Shown here: piece after piece, positions 45,585-55,914 of the stretch
Position numbering within the stretch: the stretch's first letter is position 1
Layout: each line of letters begins with the position of its first letter
Source of the DNA: an uncultured bacterium
GTDB taxonomy: Bacteria > Patescibacteriota > Minisyncoccia > UBA6257 > 2-01-FULL-56-20
Length of the DNA: 64,000 nucleotides
NCBI GenBank assembly: GCA_963719425.1
Contig: OY970382.1
Coordinates: forward strand, 742,477-806,476
Reading direction: 5' to 3'
Notes under the pieces: generated by a model
What the model saw: the letters and a program-made list of their open reading frames with translations, nothing else
What the model was told of the DNA's origin: nothing
The model's database searches: none
Translations under genes and position numbers: made by a program

Positions 45585-46307
45585 ATGATTTCCATAATCA
45601 TCCCGACGTTGAATGAGGAAAGTATTCTGGGGAAGATGCTCGCATCGCTCAAAGCATTCACCGCGATGGATCACGAGGTTATTGTTTCAGACGGGCACAG
45701 CACCGACCGCACGGTCACAATCGCCAAAACGTACGCCGACAAAGTAGTGGAATATCGCGGCAAGACCCGCCAACACATTGCGGAGGGGAAAAACGCGGGC
45801 GCGGCGGCGGCGAAAGGAGACATATTGCTTTTCCTTGACGCTGACGTATTCATCCCAAACGCCAATAGCTTTTTCAAGAAAACCGTCGGCCTCTTTGGGG
45901 ACGACAGTGAACTCATGGGGTTGACCGTCCCGCTTAAAGTGTTGCCTGAATACGTGCGTTGGTCCGACAAAGTTATTTTCGGCATATCAAACCTCATCAT
46001 CTACTTGCTCAACAACGTGTTCCATTCCGGTGCATCGCCGGGAGAATTCCAAATGATCCGCGCCGCCGCTTTCAAACGTTTGGGCGGCTACAATCCGGCA
46101 TATATCATCGGCGAAGACCAGGATATGTTTGCACGCCTCGCCCGGCTGGGACACACCCGAATGGAAACAAGTCTATACGTCCTTCACACTTCCCGCCGCG
46201 CACACGCCGTCGGCTGGCCCAAACTTATTTGGCTATGGATTGCCGAATTCTTCTACGCCAAAATCAAAAGGAGATCGTATACCAAAGAGTGGTCGGTCAT
46301 TCGTTGA
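45585..46307 (+). CDS. Glycosyltransferase family 2
   Basis: MISIIIPTLNEE...DGHSTD...LDADV GT2 motifs. Confidence 0.75.
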   Translation: MISIIIPTLNEESILGKMLASLKAFTAMDHEVIVSDGHSTDRTVTIAKTYADKVVEYRGKTRQHIAEGKNAGAAAAKGDILLFLDADVFIPNANSFFKKTVGLFGDDSELMGLTVPLKVLPEYVRWSDKVIFGISNLIIYLLNNVFHSGASPGEFQMIRAAAFKRLGGYNPAYIIGEDQDMFARLARLGHTRMETSLYVLHTSRRAHAVGWPKLIWLWIAEFFYAKIKRRSYTKEWSVIR

Positions 46308-46323
46308 GTAGGCGGCGGCGCCC

Positions 46324-47820
46324 TCAGCACCACCAACACCACCACGGCCTTTTGGGCCGTTTGGCAAGGTGGGCATGGAACTGTGCTTTGGCGGTTTCGT
46401 AACATAGCTGCAGTTCGCGGAGGTGACGGGGGGTCGGCTGCGTCACCGCCCGTACGGCAGCCTGCCAGGCCTCCCAGCTTTTTATGGTTCCCGCGCCCAA
46501 GGGAGTAGGAACCAAGGGCACGGCGAGTTCGTTCTCACCAAACAAACCGAACTTCTGATCCATCCCTAAATTCCATTCAAAGTTATTGACCAACGTCCAG
46601 AGGAGCATCCCTTTCATGGGAATTTCATGCTCAAGCGCTGCGATTACGTGGCGCACTGTTTCCAAGATCCAATATGGCCTGCGCTTTCCTCCCCGATCAG
46701 AAAAACCGAATTCGGTGATAAAAATGTTTTTATGGGGGTACTCCGCGTGCATTTCTTTAAGAACCTTCTCTATGCCCGGCGGATGGATATCGCCGAAGTA
46801 AGGATTATCGCTGTAGAAGCGACCGCCTTTCCCGAATAAAGCCAGCTTCATCCGGAAATAATAATGGAGGCCTACAAAATCGGTTTCCCGTGCTTCCCGT
46901 TCAAATTTCCTGGCGAGCTTTGTGTTTACAATCGCGTGCGCAACTTTCCCAAAGAGACCGTCGAAAAAGGTCCAATTGTGGGCAGCGCCCACTTGAATCT
47001 TGCCCCGCACGCTCGCGAGCTTGCTTTCTTTGATTTCGCTTACCGCGGCGTCATGCGCCTCAATCAACTTTGAAAGCACGCCCCGCACGAGATCAATCCT
47101 CCCTTTCTTAAAGGGCGGGAAAATTCCAAGGAGGTAAGTTGGCAACAGAAGGTTGATGGGCTCGTTGATGGAAATGAAATATCGCACAAGCCCATCACCG
47201 AGAAATTTTTCTCGCTTCTCTTTATTGAAGCCGGCCGACGTAAGCGCGGCGTTCACTTTGTGATTGTCGGAAAGAAACCCAATAATGCTTTTGATATAAA
47301 AACGGAAGTGGTGAAGGACGTCGTGGTGCTCCCACGCTCCCGCGAGGATGCGATCTTCCTTGTCGGTCACAAGCAGATGGGCTGGCGTGGGCCAGTGATA
47401 CAGTGTAATCATCGGTTCCTCGCCGCGGTCGCGGATGAGCGCGAGTATCTGCACGTACTCCTCCATCAGCCGCTTGTTGAAAACGCCCGGCGCCGGGCAA
47501 AGCTTACCGAAATCAAAAGAGAGCCGGAACATGTTTTCACCAAGATCTGCCGAACGCCGGATGTACAATTCCTTTTTGTCAAAAAATCTCGGGAATTCGT
47601 CCGGCGATTGCGGACCGAGTATCTTTGAGGTTTTCCCTCCGACCGCCCTCGCCACCTCGCGTTCCCAGTCGGATACGGCGCGCGTTTCCCTGCGATTGCG
47701 ATGAAGGCGCGGATGGGATTGGAAGTCCGATGTCGCGCTTCCCATAAACTCGGTGCCTCGGCGGCGCGCGGCGAGAAGGGTTTCAAGAACTTTTGGATCG
47801 GTGAAGGAAAATTCCGCCAT
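46324..47820 (-). CDS. Glycoside hydrolase family 1-like protein
   Basis: GSATSDFQ, TLYHWPTP and ITEFG resemble GH1 signatures. Confidence 0.6.
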   Translation of the reverse strand: MAEFSFTDPKVLETLLAARRRGTEFMGSATSDFQSHPRLHRNRRETRAVSDWEREVARAVGGKTSKILGPQSPDEFPRFFDKKELYIRRSADLGENMFRLSFDFGKLCPAPGVFNKRLMEEYVQILALIRDRGEEPMITLYHWPTPAHLLVTDKEDRILAGAWEHHDVLHHFRFYIKSIIGFLSDNHKVNAALTSAGFNKEKREKFLGDGLVRYFISINEPINLLLPTYLLGIFPPFKKGRIDLVRGVLSKLIEAHDAAVSEIKESKLASVRGKIQVGAAHNWTFFDGLFGKVAHAIVNTKLARKFEREARETDFVGLHYYFRMKLALFGKGGRFYSDNPYFGDIHPPGIEKVLKEMHAEYPHKNIFITEFGFSDRGGKRRPYWILETVRHVIAALEHEIPMKGMLLWTLVNNFEWNLGMDQKFGLFGENELAVPLVPTPLGAGTIKSWEAWQAAVRAVTQPTPRHLRELQLCYETAKAQFHAHLAKRPKRPWWCWWC

Positions 47821-47829
47821 TGAAGCGCG

Positions 47830-48831
47830 CTACAAGAGTTCCTCCTTGCCTCGAACTTTCAAGTGTTTATAGGCGGCGGGAAGCACAATGCGGCCTGCGG
47901 AAGAGCGCTGGAGGAAACCGAGCGTCATCAAAAACGGCTCGTAAATATCTTCAATCACGCCTTTTTCCTCCGAAAGCGCGGCGGAGAGCGTATTGATCCC
48001 CACCGGTCCACCGTTGAATTTTTCAATGATCGTCATTAAAAGGCGGCGGTCATTGGGCTCAAGCCCCGCCTCGTCAATTTCCAGCATTTCAAGCGTTTTC
48101 CTGGCCGCCGCGTCATCAATGATCTTTTTGCCGTGCACTTCGGCAAAGTCGCGGGCGCGCCGGAGGAGCCGATTCGCCACTCGCGGCGTGCCACGAGAGG
48201 CGTTCGCGAGAATCTCAATCGCTTCCGGCGTCGCCACGATATTCAAAATTTTCGCCGAACGGTTTAGTATCTTTTTGATATCATCCACGTTGTAATACCC
48301 AAGGCGCAGGGTCGCGCCGAACCGCGACCGGAGCGGTTGGGAAAGAAGGTTCTCGCGCGTCGTTGCGGCAATCAGCGTGAACGGCGGCAGATCAAGCGAA
48401 AGCGTCCGCGCGGAAGGACCCTTCCCCACCACAAGATGCAGTTTCCGCGATTCCATCGCAGGATACAGTACTTCTTCTATCATCGGATTCACCCGATGCG
48501 CTTCGTCAATAAAAAGCACTTCGCCGGGGTTGAGGTTGGTGAGAATCGCGGCAAGGTCGCCCGTCTTCTCAAGCGCCGGGCCGGAAGTGGTTTTCACTGT
48601 ACCGCCAAGCTCGCGTGCGACGAGATATGCGAGCGTGGTCTTCCCAAGCCCCGCAGGACCGGAGAACAAAAGATGGTCGGCGGCCTCCTTGCGTTTCTTC
48701 GCAGCCTCAAGGATCACGCGCAGGTTCCCCTTGATCTTTTCCTGCCCAACATATTCGTCCCAACTCTTGGGGCGAAGCGTAAGGTCAATAGTGAGATCGT
48801 CTTTACTGGAATTGCTGCTTGTTTTCTTCAT
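47830..48831 (-). CDS. ruvB: Holliday junction DNA helicase RuvB
   Basis: LLFSGPAGLGKTTLA Walker A. 333 aa. Confidence 0.9.
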   Translation of the reverse strand: MKKTSSNSSKDDLTIDLTLRPKSWDEYVGQEKIKGNLRVILEAAKKRKEAADHLLFSGPAGLGKTTLAYLVARELGGTVKTTSGPALEKTGDLAAILTNLNPGEVLFIDEAHRVNPMIEEVLYPAMESRKLHLVVGKGPSARTLSLDLPPFTLIAATTRENLLSQPLRSRFGATLRLGYYNVDDIKKILNRSAKILNIVATPEAIEILANASRGTPRVANRLLRRARDFAEVHGKKIIDDAAARKTLEMLEIDEAGLEPNDRRLLMTIIEKFNGGPVGINTLSAALSEEKGVIEDIYEPFLMTLGFLQRSSAGRIVLPAAYKHLKVRGKEELL

Positions 48832-49056
48832 GAAAATTTAGGAAAAACGCCGACTTGACAAGGAAATCATTATATGCTAACATATCAACCAGAAACCTGT
48901 AACTGATTCGAATCTGGGGGCAGGAATTACCTCTAAAATTTCAGGATGAACCGGTTCCGGCTGGTTCTCTCCTTTGAGTAATTCTAGTCCCTTTTATCTC
49001 CGGATAGAAGGGTTTCAAATCCTTTCACGAGGAATTTGCCCCCAGGTTTGAGTCAG

Positions 49057-49102
49057 CTACCTCCACCCAGCCCGTAATTTTCGCCCCGAAAATTACGGCT
49101 GG
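49057..49102. promoter_or_regulatory. 16-bp perfect palindrome overlapping the pilB-type gene stop codon
   Basis: cccagcccgtaatttt-cgcccc-gaaaattacggctggg. Confidence 0.5.
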
Positions 49103-50799
49103 GCGGGCCACTCTATTTGTCCGGTCACGCTTGTGACCTCGCTCCACGTCGTCTTCCCCTCAAGCACCTTCAGGACACCATCTTGCTGCATTGTGACCAT
49201 TTCTTGGCGCTCGGCCACTCCGCGGAGCGCGACCTCTGACGCTTCCTTGAGAATCGTCGTTTCAAGATCCGGCCCGCCTTCCAAAAATTCAAAGATTCCT
49301 ACCCGACCTTTATACCCGATACCGTTGCACTTTGTACAGCCCGCGGTTTCATATACAGAATAATTTTGATATTTTGACTTATCCACCTTGGCCGGCAATC
49401 CGTCGAGGAACTTTTTAATTTTCGTCTTGAGCGCGCCGTCCGGTTCCGCGCGTTTTTTACAATTGGGGCAGAGCACGCGCACGAGGCGCTGGGCAATTGT
49501 GAGCGTAAGCGCCGGCCCGATGCTCACCGCCTTTACGCCGAGGTTGATGAGGCGCGGCACGGCACCCACCGCATCGTTCGTGTGAAGCGTGGAAAATACA
49601 AGGTGGCCCGTCAAAGCCGCCTGCATCGCAATATCGGCCGTCTCAAGGTCGCGCACCTCGCCCACGAGAATCACGTCAGGATCCTGCCGAACGATAGCAC
49701 GAAGGCCGCTCGCGAACGTATACCCCGCCTCGTCGTTCACCTGCGTCTGCTCAATCCCTTCAATGCGATATTCAATGGGGTCTTCCAATGTGATGATCTT
49801 GATGTCGGGACTGTTCAGCGTGCGGAGGAACGCATAGAGCGTCGTCGTTTTCCCGGAGCCTGTGGGTCCGGTGTTCAAGATGAGTCCGTTCGGTCGGGCG
49901 AGTTCGCGCTCCACAAGCGCCAGATTGTCCTCGCGAAGCCCGAGGTCAGGAAGTCCAACCTTCGTCGCGGAAGGGTCAAGTATCCTCATCACGATGGCTT
50001 CACCAAACTCGGCGGGCATGATCGCCACGCGCATCTCCACCTCTTTTCCCGCGATGACGATCGTGAACCTTCCATCCTGCGCTTCGTCGCGGACGTTAAG
50101 CTTCATCTCTGAAAGAAGTTTAATGCGCGAAACGAGCGCGTGGTAGGCAGGGAACGGCATACCGTCAAAGACATCGTGGAGGATGCCATCTATGCGAAAG
50201 CGGACCTTTGCCGCTTTTTCCCCCGCTTCCGTGTGAATGTCCGATGCGCGCATCGCAAGCGCCCCGCCGAGTATAATCTCAATCATCACGACCGGCGACA
50301 CGTTTTTAAAATCCAGCCCGGCGAATTCCTTGTGAATAGCATCCAGATTCGCAAGGCGCTCCGTGAGCTCCTTGATTCTCTTTTCGGTAATGACCACCTT
50401 TCCCACGATCCCCGCGGACACTGGTTTTACGAATTTATACAACTGCCACGCCACTTCCAAGCCAGAAAGGGATGCCACGAACGTTTTCACGTCGTATTGC
50501 TCCGCTTTCAGTTCCGCAATGAGCACCTTCGCCGCGGAAAATTCGGGGTCCATTACCGCCACGGCTAGCTTTTTTGATTTCAACTCAATGCTCGCCACCC
50601 GGGCCTTTCGCGCTTTGTCCTCCGGAATAGCCTTCACGGCATCAAGCGAAACCGGCATTTTGGAAACATCCACATAAGGAAGACCCAGCTTCTTCGCAAG
50701 CCGTTCCGCGGCGCGTTCTTCGCCCTCGCGCCGGAGTTTTGTCAGTCTTGATTGGAGGTTGTCTTGCGGCAGGTCAGCCATTTCCATTGATTTTAACAA
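49093..50799 (-). CDS. pilB: Type II/IV secretion / type IV pilus assembly ATPase (GspE/PilB family)
   Basis: ILNTGPTGSGKTTTL Walker A and a tetracysteine motif near the C-terminus. Confidence 0.85.
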   Translation of the reverse strand: MLKSMEMADLPQDNLQSRLTKLRREGEERAAERLAKKLGLPYVDVSKMPVSLDAVKAIPEDKARKARVASIELKSKKLAVAVMDPEFSAAKVLIAELKAEQYDVKTFVASLSGLEVAWQLYKFVKPVSAGIVGKVVITEKRIKELTERLANLDAIHKEFAGLDFKNVSPVVMIEIILGGALAMRASDIHTEAGEKAAKVRFRIDGILHDVFDGMPFPAYHALVSRIKLLSEMKLNVRDEAQDGRFTIVIAGKEVEMRVAIMPAEFGEAIVMRILDPSATKVGLPDLGLREDNLALVERELARPNGLILNTGPTGSGKTTTLYAFLRTLNSPDIKIITLEDPIEYRIEGIEQTQVNDEAGYTFASGLRAIVRQDPDVILVGEVRDLETADIAMQAALTGHLVFSTLHTNDAVGAVPRLINLGVKAVSIGPALTLTIAQRLVRVLCPNCKKRAEPDGALKTKIKKFLDGLPAKVDKSKYQNYSVYETAGCTKCNGIGYKGRVGIFEFLEGGPDLETTILKEASEVALRGVAERQEMVTMQQDGVLKVLEGKTTWSEVTSVTGQIEWPAQP

Positions 50800-50818
50800 G
50801 CGTTATGATGATAATGCA

Positions 50819-51355
50819 ATGTCGGGGCATTCTCACTGGGCGGGCATAAGGCACAAAAAAGAAATCACCGATGAGAGGCGGGGAAAGGTCTTCGGGAAGC
50901 TCCTCGCGGCGATTTCGGCAGCGGCCAAATCAGAGCCGAACCCGGATTTCAACCCGCGGCTCCGGACCGCGATCACAAAGGCAAAGGAAGCGGCCGTGCC
51001 ACAGGAAAATATTGAACGCGCGGTGAAGCGGGCCTCCGAAGCAGACACTGATCTTGAAGAGCTTACGTTTGAGGCATACGGGCCAGGCGGCGCCGCGATC
51101 GTGATTGAGGCAATCAGCGATAACAAAAATCGCACCGTGCAAGAAATCAAAATGATATTAAAAGAACATGGCGGGAAGTGGGGGGAGGCGGGAAGCGTCC
51201 GTTGGGCATTTGGGCTGCCGGCGGGGGGTGAGCGGGAATGGAAAGCAAAGTTTCCGCAGGAACTCTCCGAAGAAGATGCCAAGAAATTGCTTGCGCTCGT
51301 AGAAGCGCTTGAAGACAACGGCGACGTGCAAAATGTTTTCACGAGCGCCGCATGA
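50819..51355 (+). CDS. yebC: YebC/PmpR family DNA-binding regulator
   Basis: MSGHSHWAGIRHKK N-terminus. The ORF-track upstream extension is ignored. Confidence 0.85.
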   Translation: MSGHSHWAGIRHKKEITDERRGKVFGKLLAAISAAAKSEPNPDFNPRLRTAITKAKEAAVPQENIERAVKRASEADTDLEELTFEAYGPGGAAIVIEAISDNKNRTVQEIKMILKEHGGKWGEAGSVRWAFGLPAGGEREWKAKFPQELSEEDAKKLLALVEALEDNGDVQNVFTSAA

Positions 51356-51828
51356 CCGCGCGTCCTCTCGTCACGCTTGGCATTGACCCTGGCACGCGAA
51401 GAATCGGCTATGGCGTCGTCCGGCGCGAAGGCAACGACCTCGCTTTTGTCGCCGCGGGTATTCTCAAAATAGAAAGCAAAGGCGATGTTCCCGCTCTCCA
51501 AGAAACAAAGAAGGGGGTGAGCGCGCTCATCGAAAATTACCGGCCAGATGCGTTTGGCATTGAAAAGCTCTTTTTTGCGAAGAACCGAAAAACGGCGATC
51601 GCGGTGGCGCAAGCGCGCGGCGCAATCCTCCTCGCCGCCCAAGAGGCTGGCCTCCCCATAAAGGAATATGCGCCGAACGAAGTAAAGTTGGGGATTGCGG
51701 GCTATGGCTTTGCCGACAAAAAGGCCATGCTCAAAATGGTCCGCCTTATCCTTAAAAAACCGGGCCTCGCGATCATTGACGACGCGAGTGACGCCCTTGC
51801 ACTCGCCATCATGGCGTGCGGCCGCTAG
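51352..51828 (+). CDS. ruvC: Crossover junction endodeoxyribonuclease RuvC
   Basis: LGIDPGTRRIGYGVV. Confidence 0.85.
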   Translation: MTARPLVTLGIDPGTRRIGYGVVRREGNDLAFVAAGILKIESKGDVPALQETKKGVSALIENYRPDAFGIEKLFFAKNRKTAIAVAQARGAILLAAQEAGLPIKEYAPNEVKLGIAGYGFADKKAMLKMVRLILKKPGLAIIDDASDALALAIMACGR

Positions 51829-51988
51829 CAGCCGCACCACCCCCCGACACCCCACGCTGGCTTTTAATAAGGTTTTAATGGAATTTTTGCTACCATACCT
51901 GGGGATTACTGTGGGATTGACACAACGAAGAGCTCCCCTATACTGATTGGAAATAAAAAAAAGAAAGGTCGTTGAATTATGGGCCGCA

Positions 51989-52168
51989 ATGGCAACTGAA
52001 CTAAAAATTGCAAGCTGTGCATTCCGCCCTTTAAGCGACGAGGACGATGCGGGATCGGACGCGGACAACAACGGCGACGAGTTAGAAGATGGTGGGAAAG
52101 AACTGGAGGAACCGGAGGAAGAACTCGGGAAAGAAGAGGAAGACAGCTACGGCGGACTCGATGGGTAA
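51989..52168 (+). CDS. Small highly acidic protein (59 aa), hypothetical
   Basis: Asp/Glu-rich ORF with its own promoter-like and terminator elements. Confidence 0.35.
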   Translation: MATELKIASCAFRPLSDEDDAGSDADNNGDELEDGGKELEEPEEELGKEEEDSYGGLDG

Positions 52169-52172
52169 AAAA

Positions 52173-52216
52173 GGCCCCCTTCCGCGCGGACATTGCGGAA
52201 GGGGCCTTTTTTGTTT
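52173..52216 (+). terminator. Rho-independent terminator
   Basis: 12-13-bp GC stem ggcccccttccgc/gcggaaggggcc followed by TTTTTTGTTT. Confidence 0.7.
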
Positions 52217-52230
52217 GATAATGGGGGAGC

Positions 52231-54717
52231 ATGCACAAACGCAATAAACGAGACGCGCGACGCTGGCTCACGATTGCCGGCATCGCCGTATCTGCGGGGG
52301 TCGTTATCCTTTCCACAGTGGTCATCTATTTCGCGAAAACACTCCCGTCCATAGAGGAAATTTCAAGCCGGCAAATCAGCCAGTCCACAAAAATTTATGA
52401 CCGCACCGGCACTGTGCTACTCTACGAAATCAACTCCGGTGAGCGGAGAACGGTGGTCCCCTTCGATCAAATCCCGCAAACACTCAAGGACGCAACGGTT
52501 GCGATTGAAGATGAAAATTTCTACAACGAGCCCGCGTTTGACTGGAAGGGCATCGCGCGCGCATTTCTTGTGGACATCACTTCGGGCTCCTTCGCCCAGG
52601 GCGGCTCAACCATCACCCAGCAGCTCGCGCGGACCGCGTTCCTCACCCTAGACCAGACTATCGCGCGGAAAATAAAAGAACTTATTCTCGCGATAAAACT
52701 CAATGAATATTACTCAAAGGACGAAATCCTTGGTCTTTACCTGAATGAGGTCCCGTACGGTGCCACAATTTCCGGCGTGGAGGAGGCGAGCGAGGCATAT
52801 TTCGGAGAACCAGTGCAAAACATCAACCTTGCGCAGAGCGCCCTTCTCGCCGCAATCCCCCAGGCGCCGACGTACTACTCGCCCTGGGGAAGCCACGCGA
52901 GCGATCTTGTAAAACGTGAGCAGCTCGTCCTCCAGAAAATGTACGAACTGGGGAAGATCACGAAGCCAGAGCTCACCGCGGCGCTTGCTTACAAAATAAC
53001 CTTTGAACCGCAATCCATGGGCACCATCAAAGCACCGCACTTCGTAATGGCGGTGGAGGATTATCTCGCTCAAAAATATGGGGAGAATCTTGTAAGCCAA
53101 GGCGGGCTTAGGGTAATAACCACGCTTGACTGGAACCTTCAACAGGAGGCGGAGGCGGCCGTAGAGCAGGGCGCAGCACAAAATCAGGCGTTATACCAGG
53201 GCTACAACGCCGCGCTCGCCGCACAGGACCCGAAAACGGGGCAGGTGCTTGCGATGGTGGGGTCGCGCGATTACTTTGCAACCTCCTCGCTCCCTTTGGG
53301 CTGCACGCCAGGAATAAATTGCAAGTTTGAGCCGAACTTCAACGTTGCCACCCAGGGGCTCCGCCAACCCGGTTCGTCACTCAAACCATTTGTTTATCTT
53401 ACGGCGTTCCAAAAAGGATACACGCCGTCAACGACGCTTTTTGACGTTCCTACAGAATTCAGCACCGACCCTGCGTGCCCCGCAACTCCCAACTTCGCGG
53501 ATAATGACCCACACTGCTTCCACCCGCAAGACTTTGAGGGGACGTTCCAAGGCCCAATTTCTATGCGCGACGCGCTCGCGCAGTCCGTAAATGTGCCCGC
53601 AGTGGAAACTCTCTACCTTGTTGGTATAAAAAATGCGGTCCAGAACGCATACAACTTCGGGCTCACCACGCTCACAAGCCCCGACTCCTACGGCCTCTCC
53701 TTTGTGCTGGGGGGCGGCGCGGTGCGCCTCGCCGATCTTGTGGAGGCGTACTCTGCGCTTGCAGAGGACGGGGTCAAACACAACCAAACCATGATCCGTG
53801 AAGTGCAAGATCCCAATGGAAACGTGCTTGAATCATATGCTGATCAATCTGCCCGAGTCGCCGACTCACAGTCCGTCCGCCTTATTAACGATATTCTTTC
53901 AGATGCCGAGGCGCGGAGCGGCCTTTTCCAAAACAGCTTGAATCTCACAGTGTTCCCAGGGCACGATGTGGCACTCAAGACCGGCACCTCCAACGACTAC
54001 CACGACGCATGGGCGATGGGGTACACGCCGTCCCTCGCCGTCGGCGTCTGGGCAGGAAACAATGACAACACTCCCATGCAACGGAATGGGTCAAGCATCC
54101 TCGCTGCGGTCCCTATGTGGCATGCGTTCATGGCGCAGGCGCTCCAAAGCCAACCGATTGAAACTTTCACAAAACCCGACCCCGTAAACGCGACGAAGCC
54201 AATCCTCGCAGGAAACTATCTCTACAACGATCAACTCCACACTATTCTGTATTACGTTGACAGGGACGACCCGACGGGGCCGCCTCCCGCGAATCCTGCC
54301 GCGGATCCCCAGTTCCACAACTGGGAAACCGCCCTTCTTACGTGGGCCGCAGAAAACCTTCCCAACTTCGGGAATTACAACCATCCAGTGTCAACCGCAC
54401 CGTCTGGCACCGCACCCGCGATTTCCTCGATCATGAGCGACCCTCCCCGCGTTTCCATTATCACGCCACTGGTGGGCAGTTTTGTGGCGAACGAAGTCAC
54501 AGTCTCTGCGAAAATAACGGCCGACAAGGCAATCACAAAAATCACCGTACTTTGGAATGGGCTCCTGGTTCGTGATTTCTCCGGTTCCTTTGGGATCAAC
54601 TACATATTCAACTGGGCGTTCGCCCCGCAAGTCATCGGCGGGCAAAACCTGCTTGAGGTGCAAGCCGCGGATCCTTCGGGCGGCTTGGGGAAGGCCGACA
54701 CAATTGTTTACCACTAA
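52231..54717 (+). CDS. mrcA: Class A penicillin-binding protein (transglycosylase + transpeptidase)
   Basis: N-terminal TM helix, GT51 motifs (SITQQLAR), transpeptidase KTGT and SxN-like motifs, extra C-terminal domain. Confidence 0.85.
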   Translation: MHKRNKRDARRWLTIAGIAVSAGVVILSTVVIYFAKTLPSIEEISSRQISQSTKIYDRTGTVLLYEINSGERRTVVPFDQIPQTLKDATVAIEDENFYNEPAFDWKGIARAFLVDITSGSFAQGGSTITQQLARTAFLTLDQTIARKIKELILAIKLNEYYSKDEILGLYLNEVPYGATISGVEEASEAYFGEPVQNINLAQSALLAAIPQAPTYYSPWGSHASDLVKREQLVLQKMYELGKITKPELTAALAYKITFEPQSMGTIKAPHFVMAVEDYLAQKYGENLVSQGGLRVITTLDWNLQQEAEAAVEQGAAQNQALYQGYNAALAAQDPKTGQVLAMVGSRDYFATSSLPLGCTPGINCKFEPNFNVATQGLRQPGSSLKPFVYLTAFQKGYTPSTTLFDVPTEFSTDPACPATPNFADNDPHCFHPQDFEGTFQGPISMRDALAQSVNVPAVETLYLVGIKNAVQNAYNFGLTTLTSPDSYGLSFVLGGGAVRLADLVEAYSALAEDGVKHNQTMIREVQDPNGNVLESYADQSARVADSQSVRLINDILSDAEARSGLFQNSLNLTVFPGHDVALKTGTSNDYHDAWAMGYTPSLAVGVWAGNNDNTPMQRNGSSILAAVPMWHAFMAQALQSQPIETFTKPDPVNATKPILAGNYLYNDQLHTILYYVDRDDPTGPPPANPAADPQFHNWETALLTWAAENLPNFGNYNHPVSTAPSGTAPAISSIMSDPPRVSIITPLVGSFVANEVTVSAKITADKAITKITVLWNGLLVRDFSGSFGINYIFNWAFAPQVIGGQNLLEVQAADPSGGLGKADTIVYH

Positions 54718-55826
54718 GACTTCAGGATAGGCTTTAAAATATAGAAATAAGAACTGTCGCTCACCGGCCGAAGAAGGGCCGGGTTAGTTTCTTCTTGCAG
54801 CCCTATAAAAACTTCTTCCGTTTTCATCGCTCTGACGGGGTCCGCGAGATAGCGCCAGTTGAAGCACGCCTCGGCTGGTTCCCCTTTTATTTTCGCCGGG
54901 AGAAGATAGGTGTTTTCGCCGAGCAATTGATCCGCCGAACTTATCTCCACCGCTTTCTTTCCCGGATGGGCCGCCAGTTTCACTTCGCTGTTTTTTTGCC
55001 CGAATATCGCGGCGAGTTTGACCGCGTTCGCAAGTTCCTCGCGCGACACAACCACTTCGGTAGCGAATTTTTGGGGCACAAGCTGCGAATAATCCGGGAA
55101 GTTCCCTTCGCCGAGCCGTGAGATAAGTTCAGCGCGCTCAGTTTTGAAAAGAATCTGGTTCTCGTCACGAAACACCCGCACAGTCTCGCTGTCCCCCACC
55201 ATTCGGAGCGCCTCTTGGCTCGTTCTAAGAGGAACGAGCATTTTAAATGCTTCCTTAAATTTGGCAGTAAAAAGGTTCTGCGGGATTGTCTTTTCGGCAA
55301 GCCGGAAACCGTCGGTTGCGGTAAGTTTGAGGCTGTCTAGGGAGAAGTCAAAAAGTGCGGCGTTAAGCTCTGGTCGGAAATCGGACGGCTGCGCCGCTAC
55401 TGCTACCTGCTGAACGGCTTCCTTAAAAAGCGCGCCTCTTATCTCCAGGTACTCATCGGAGACTTCTATCCGGGGGGTTATGGGAAAATCTTCGCTGGGC
55501 AATCCCTGCAGCACAGCACTATAGTTGTCTGTTTTTACCTCAAGCGCGTTGCCTTTCTTGCTGAAATTCAAGCGGTCGCTTTGGATGTTGGTGATAAGGC
55601 TGGAGAGGGGCGCGAGTGGCACGGAAACGCTTCCGCCTTCAATCACCTTCCCAGACACGCGGCAGGTGATCGCAATCTCAAGGTTTGTCGTAGTAAAAAC
55701 AATTCCGTCGCTCCCGGCCACAATAAGGGCGTTTTTTAAAATAGGAAGGTTCGCGTTCTCGCCGGCGGCGCGCTCGATCGTGGACACGGCCTCCTTAATA
55801 TTTGATCGTATTGCAATAAACCTCAT
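54714..55826 (-). CDS. dnaN: DNA polymerase III beta sliding clamp
   Basis: 370-aa three-domain clamp, MRFIAIRSNIKEAVSTIERA. Confidence 0.85.
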   Translation of the reverse strand: MRFIAIRSNIKEAVSTIERAAGENANLPILKNALIVAGSDGIVFTTTNLEIAITCRVSGKVIEGGSVSVPLAPLSSLITNIQSDRLNFSKKGNALEVKTDNYSAVLQGLPSEDFPITPRIEVSDEYLEIRGALFKEAVQQVAVAAQPSDFRPELNAALFDFSLDSLKLTATDGFRLAEKTIPQNLFTAKFKEAFKMLVPLRTSQEALRMVGDSETVRVFRDENQILFKTERAELISRLGEGNFPDYSQLVPQKFATEVVVSREELANAVKLAAIFGQKNSEVKLAAHPGKKAVEISSADQLLGENTYLLPAKIKGEPAEACFNWRYLADPVRAMKTEEVFIGLQEETNPALLRPVSDSSYFYILKPILKS

Positions 55827-55914
55827 GGGTTAATTATATTAAAGTTTTATTATATTAAGACCTTGTTATTAATGTGTTTTTAATTCTTGTGGATAAACCA
55901 GATTTTACTTAGGC
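55827..55914. promoter_or_regulatory. dnaA-dnaN intergenic region with a DnaA box (candidate oriC part)
   Basis: TGTGGATAA (55888..55896) is the reverse complement of TTATCCACA. AT-rich. Confidence 0.5.
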
